From the NCBI GenBank assembly GCA_001179505.1, contig CDMY01000420.1, forward strand, positions 16,412 through 80,411: 64,000 nucleotides of DNA, given 5' to 3'. This stretch comes from Vitrella brassicaformis CCMP3155. Lineage: Eukaryota > Protista > Chromerida. Below, piece after piece: positions 61,537 through 64,000 of the stretch; within the stretch, counting starts at the first letter, position 1; each line of letters opens with the position of its first letter. Position numbers and translations under genes: made by a program. Below the pieces are notes generated by a model. The model had not been told where the DNA came from and did no database searches. It was given only the letters and a program-made list of their open reading frames with translations.

Positions 61537-63081
61537 TCACACAGCGGCCCAACAATACGCAGCCACGACTGTCACAACAACACATTGGCTTCGGTCCCAT
61601 CGCCCCAACGCCCGCCCGCCGGGGGGTTTATAGGGCAGTGTCTCCTCTCCCCCTTCCTCTTCCACGTTTCCAGCTTCGGTCCTCTCATAGTACTTAGGGG
61701 TCTTGAGCTCCAGGGTGATAGGATACGGCCCCCTGTTCCTCTCCTCCTTTGGCGGCAGCCTCCCCTCCACGTTGTGCACTGACACCTTATATGTCACGGG
61801 AAGAATGCAGTCTTCTAAGGTGTATTCGTAGTTGAGGACAGAATGGCCGCCTGACTCTTTTGTGCGGCTGAAGAGCGGCAGGTCGACGGCACGATAAGTT
61901 GGTGGCTTCATGCCAAAGACAGACATCGAGACCAATAGACCGAGATACATATTCTGTTGATGATCAGTGCCACTTTCTGTGTACCTACCATGTTGCGCGG
62001 ACTTTCCATGGAAAGAGGGCCACATGAGGCAGGGAAAGGAAGAGCACACGAATTTGTAGTGGGTTTTTAGATCGATTCCTTTCCACCTACCACGGCCACA
62101 TCAGGCAGGGCCACATGCTACCTCCAATGCAGCTGCGGAGGGTGCGATCACACCATGATCTCGACATGCATTCGGCGCACTCGGATGAGCACGCCTGGCT
62201 TTTGTCTTTCAGGTGCTGGCAATGATCGAAAGATGTGCGTTGCGCACAAGCGAGATAGTCCGCAAAGCAGCCAAGACAGCTTTCTGGAGAACACGCGGGA
62301 GACAGACATGCTCGAATCATAAGCTCAGGCCACTGGCCTCCCTCTGGCTTACGCGAGATCCCCTTCTTCGATTGACATGGCCTCATTCCAGTCTTGAAAC
62401 ACTCCTGTGCCTCCTCAATCTGACAGAAGTTGAAGCAGGCCATCGGCGGAAGAAGCATTCCGGTTTTCCCTCTGTTCAGCTGACCATTCCGCGGCCTCCG
62501 CCCCCCATCATTCTGATGTCTGCAAGAGAACAGTGTCCCTCCGTCCCTCCCTCGCCTCCGTAGATATACCCGTAGGCAGGTTTGCCTTTCCGCGGCACCA
62601 TCAACGGCTGGCGACGGAAGGCTACCACAGGGGGAGGGTGCTGAACCGGGACAGGGGCGGGCGGAGGGGCCACAACGACGGCTGCTGGCTGAGGGACTGC
62701 GTGCACAACGTGAGGTTTGATTGGCTGCTCGTGCACCACATGCACAGGTACAGGTGCAGGGGGAGGTGTGGAAGCAGGAGGAGGCGGCGCGGACTGGTGG
62801 CCGTGAAGGATGTAGGTGTGGCGCGCGACGTTTGGAGGCGCTGCGAGCGGCGGAAGATTGGGCTGCTTGTAGGCTTCAGCAGGATGTGGCTGGTGTAGGG
62901 GTGGCAGATTTGGGTTCTCGTGGCGGCCAGGCTGACGGGTTTTGACGTGGATTCGATGCTGGGCCTGCGGATGCCGTGCGCGGGAAGAGAGATGATAGTG
63001 CTTGAGGTTACCGGTCCTCTTGACGACATAGAGGGCAGCAACGGAACAGTAAACAAGAGAAAAGAGCGTCAGAAGGCGCAT
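61537..63081 (-). CDS. Secreted Pro/His/Val-rich protein with a Cys-rich domain and a hydrophobic C-terminus
   Basis: Signal peptide MRLLTLFSLVYCSVAA, P/H/V-rich region, then an intron splicing in frame into the Cys-rich ORF (ACLSPACSPESCLGCFADYLAC...CSSECAECMSRSWCDRTLRSCIG). The 3' exon structure is uncertain. Confidence 0.6.
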
Positions 63082-63147
63082 TTCGTCGAACTTCGGGCCG
63101 CCTTTTGGCCCCCAGTCTTGCCCCCAGTCTCAGCGGAAATAGTCGGC

Positions 63148-63163
63148 AGCGTTGCGCAACGCT
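63148..63163. promoter_or_regulatory. Perfect 16-bp palindrome AGCGTTGCGCAACGCT between divergent start codons
   Basis: Read directly, within the 190-bp gap between ATG 63081 (-) and ATG 63272 (+). Confidence 0.4.
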
Positions 63164-63271
63164 CACTCAAAATTTCTGTCAAAAGAACGCTGCCCCGGTT
63201 TCCGTTTTTCTTTGTCTTTGTTCTGCCCCTTGCCTCTTTCCCCTTTCTGCACAACTTCCCTTCCTTTCGTT

Positions 63272-64000
63272 ATGTCGTCCAGCGCTCCCACGATGGCCGT
63301 GCCTCCGCCTCCCGCCTCTGCCGCGCAGCACGACGACGGCCACTGCAAGGTGCACGCGCACATCCCCACCATGAACCGCACCGAGACCTTCAAGAAGGTG
63401 ACGGCCGCCTCGGGGCAGACGGGAGACGAAGCACAACGCATCGTCGAGGTCAGCGAGCGGGGAAGCGACAGTCAGGAGGGAGAAACCACTGTGTTCCTCC
63501 GTGATTGGTATGTCTCTCTGTCTGTGTTGCCCTGTCCTCTGTTCCTGTCAGCTGTTGCGTCATTGGGACAGCGACAAGGACGGTTTGTTCAGCGTTGAGA
63601 ACGTGCTGCAAGCGGCGCAGACGGTGCTCAAGGAGCAGCGCCGGAACAGGATGCTCCGTTGGGTAGTGGTTGGTGTGCTGGTGGCCTACATCGTCACGCT
63701 GGCCCTCCTTCTCGGTATCACCTACGGCGCCATCGAGATGGCCAAGGACGCCAAGCCCGACGAGGACGCAGTGCTCAGAGCCACGCACCTCGCCAACAAG
63801 GACGTCGTCCGTAAGCTAACAGCACGACACACGGGATAGCTGACATCACGACACACGGGATAGAGCAGCAGATGTTGTCGGTGCGTGGTGTTTCAGGCAC
63901 CAAGAGCAAGGTCGACGTGTGGAGTCCGTTTGACGTGGTCGACAAGTCGCTCGCCGACATGGAAAAGGTACGCGCATAGCAGACACCGCAAGCCCCCCCC
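63272..64000 (+). CDS. Hypothetical protein with an EF-hand-like loop followed by one TM helix, 3' partial
   Basis: HWDSDKDGLFSVENV resembles an EF-hand loop. It is followed by RRNRMLR and the TM WVVVGVLVAYIVTLALLLGITYGA. The gene runs off the window. Confidence 0.65.

Noticed and set aside
53100-63100. Bacterial contamination or prokaryotic HGT island
   Set aside because: The genes have many spliceosomal GT-AG introns and encode a eukaryotic four-domain channel.
63820-63865. 24-bp tandem duplication (CACGACACACGGGATAG...)
   Set aside because: Intronic slippage repeat with no other copies noticed.
1-64000. Long antisense or overlapping ORFs in the ORF track (e.g. 12138-13529 +, 27701-28804 -, 29953-30801 +)
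   Set aside because: These are shadows of GC-rich coding exons in other frames or strands, and their translations lack domain character.

Overview
Gene-dense, intron-rich eukaryotic nuclear DNA. It is most consistent with a photosynthetic chromerid alveolate such as Vitrella brassicaformis (inference from signal+transit plastid presequences, red-lineage LHCs, a VDR gene, high GC and introns full of (TG)n/(CAGA)n/(GGAT)n microsatellites). About 17 spliced genes lie almost strictly alternating in strand: MORN-repeat protein (5' partial), unknown membrane protein, SAPS/PP6 regulatory subunit, GLE1, AspH-like 2OG-Fe dioxygenase, violaxanthin de-epoxidase-related protein (VDR), a divergent USP deubiquitinase, two head-to-head LHC genes, a low-complexity hypothetical, NAA25 (NatB auxiliary subunit), a bacteriorhodopsin-like DTD proton-pump rhodopsin with a signal peptide and Gln/Pro-rich N-terminal stalk, two hypotheticals, a four-domain EEEE voltage-gated Ca2+ channel, a secreted Pro/His-rich plus Cys-rich protein, and an EF-hand-like/TM protein (3' partial). 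There is one 300-N assembly gap. The best unexplained signals are (1) two diverged copies of a ~120-nt fold-back element with compensatory changes and one-strand G-U bias, suggesting a structured RNA family, (2) a recurrent AGCTCGCA/TGCGAGCT element in short upstream/divergent intergenic regions, (3) the unusual rhodopsin architecture, and (4) several oddities in the Ca2+ channel. Exon boundaries were read by eye and family calls rest on motif recognition, not database searches.
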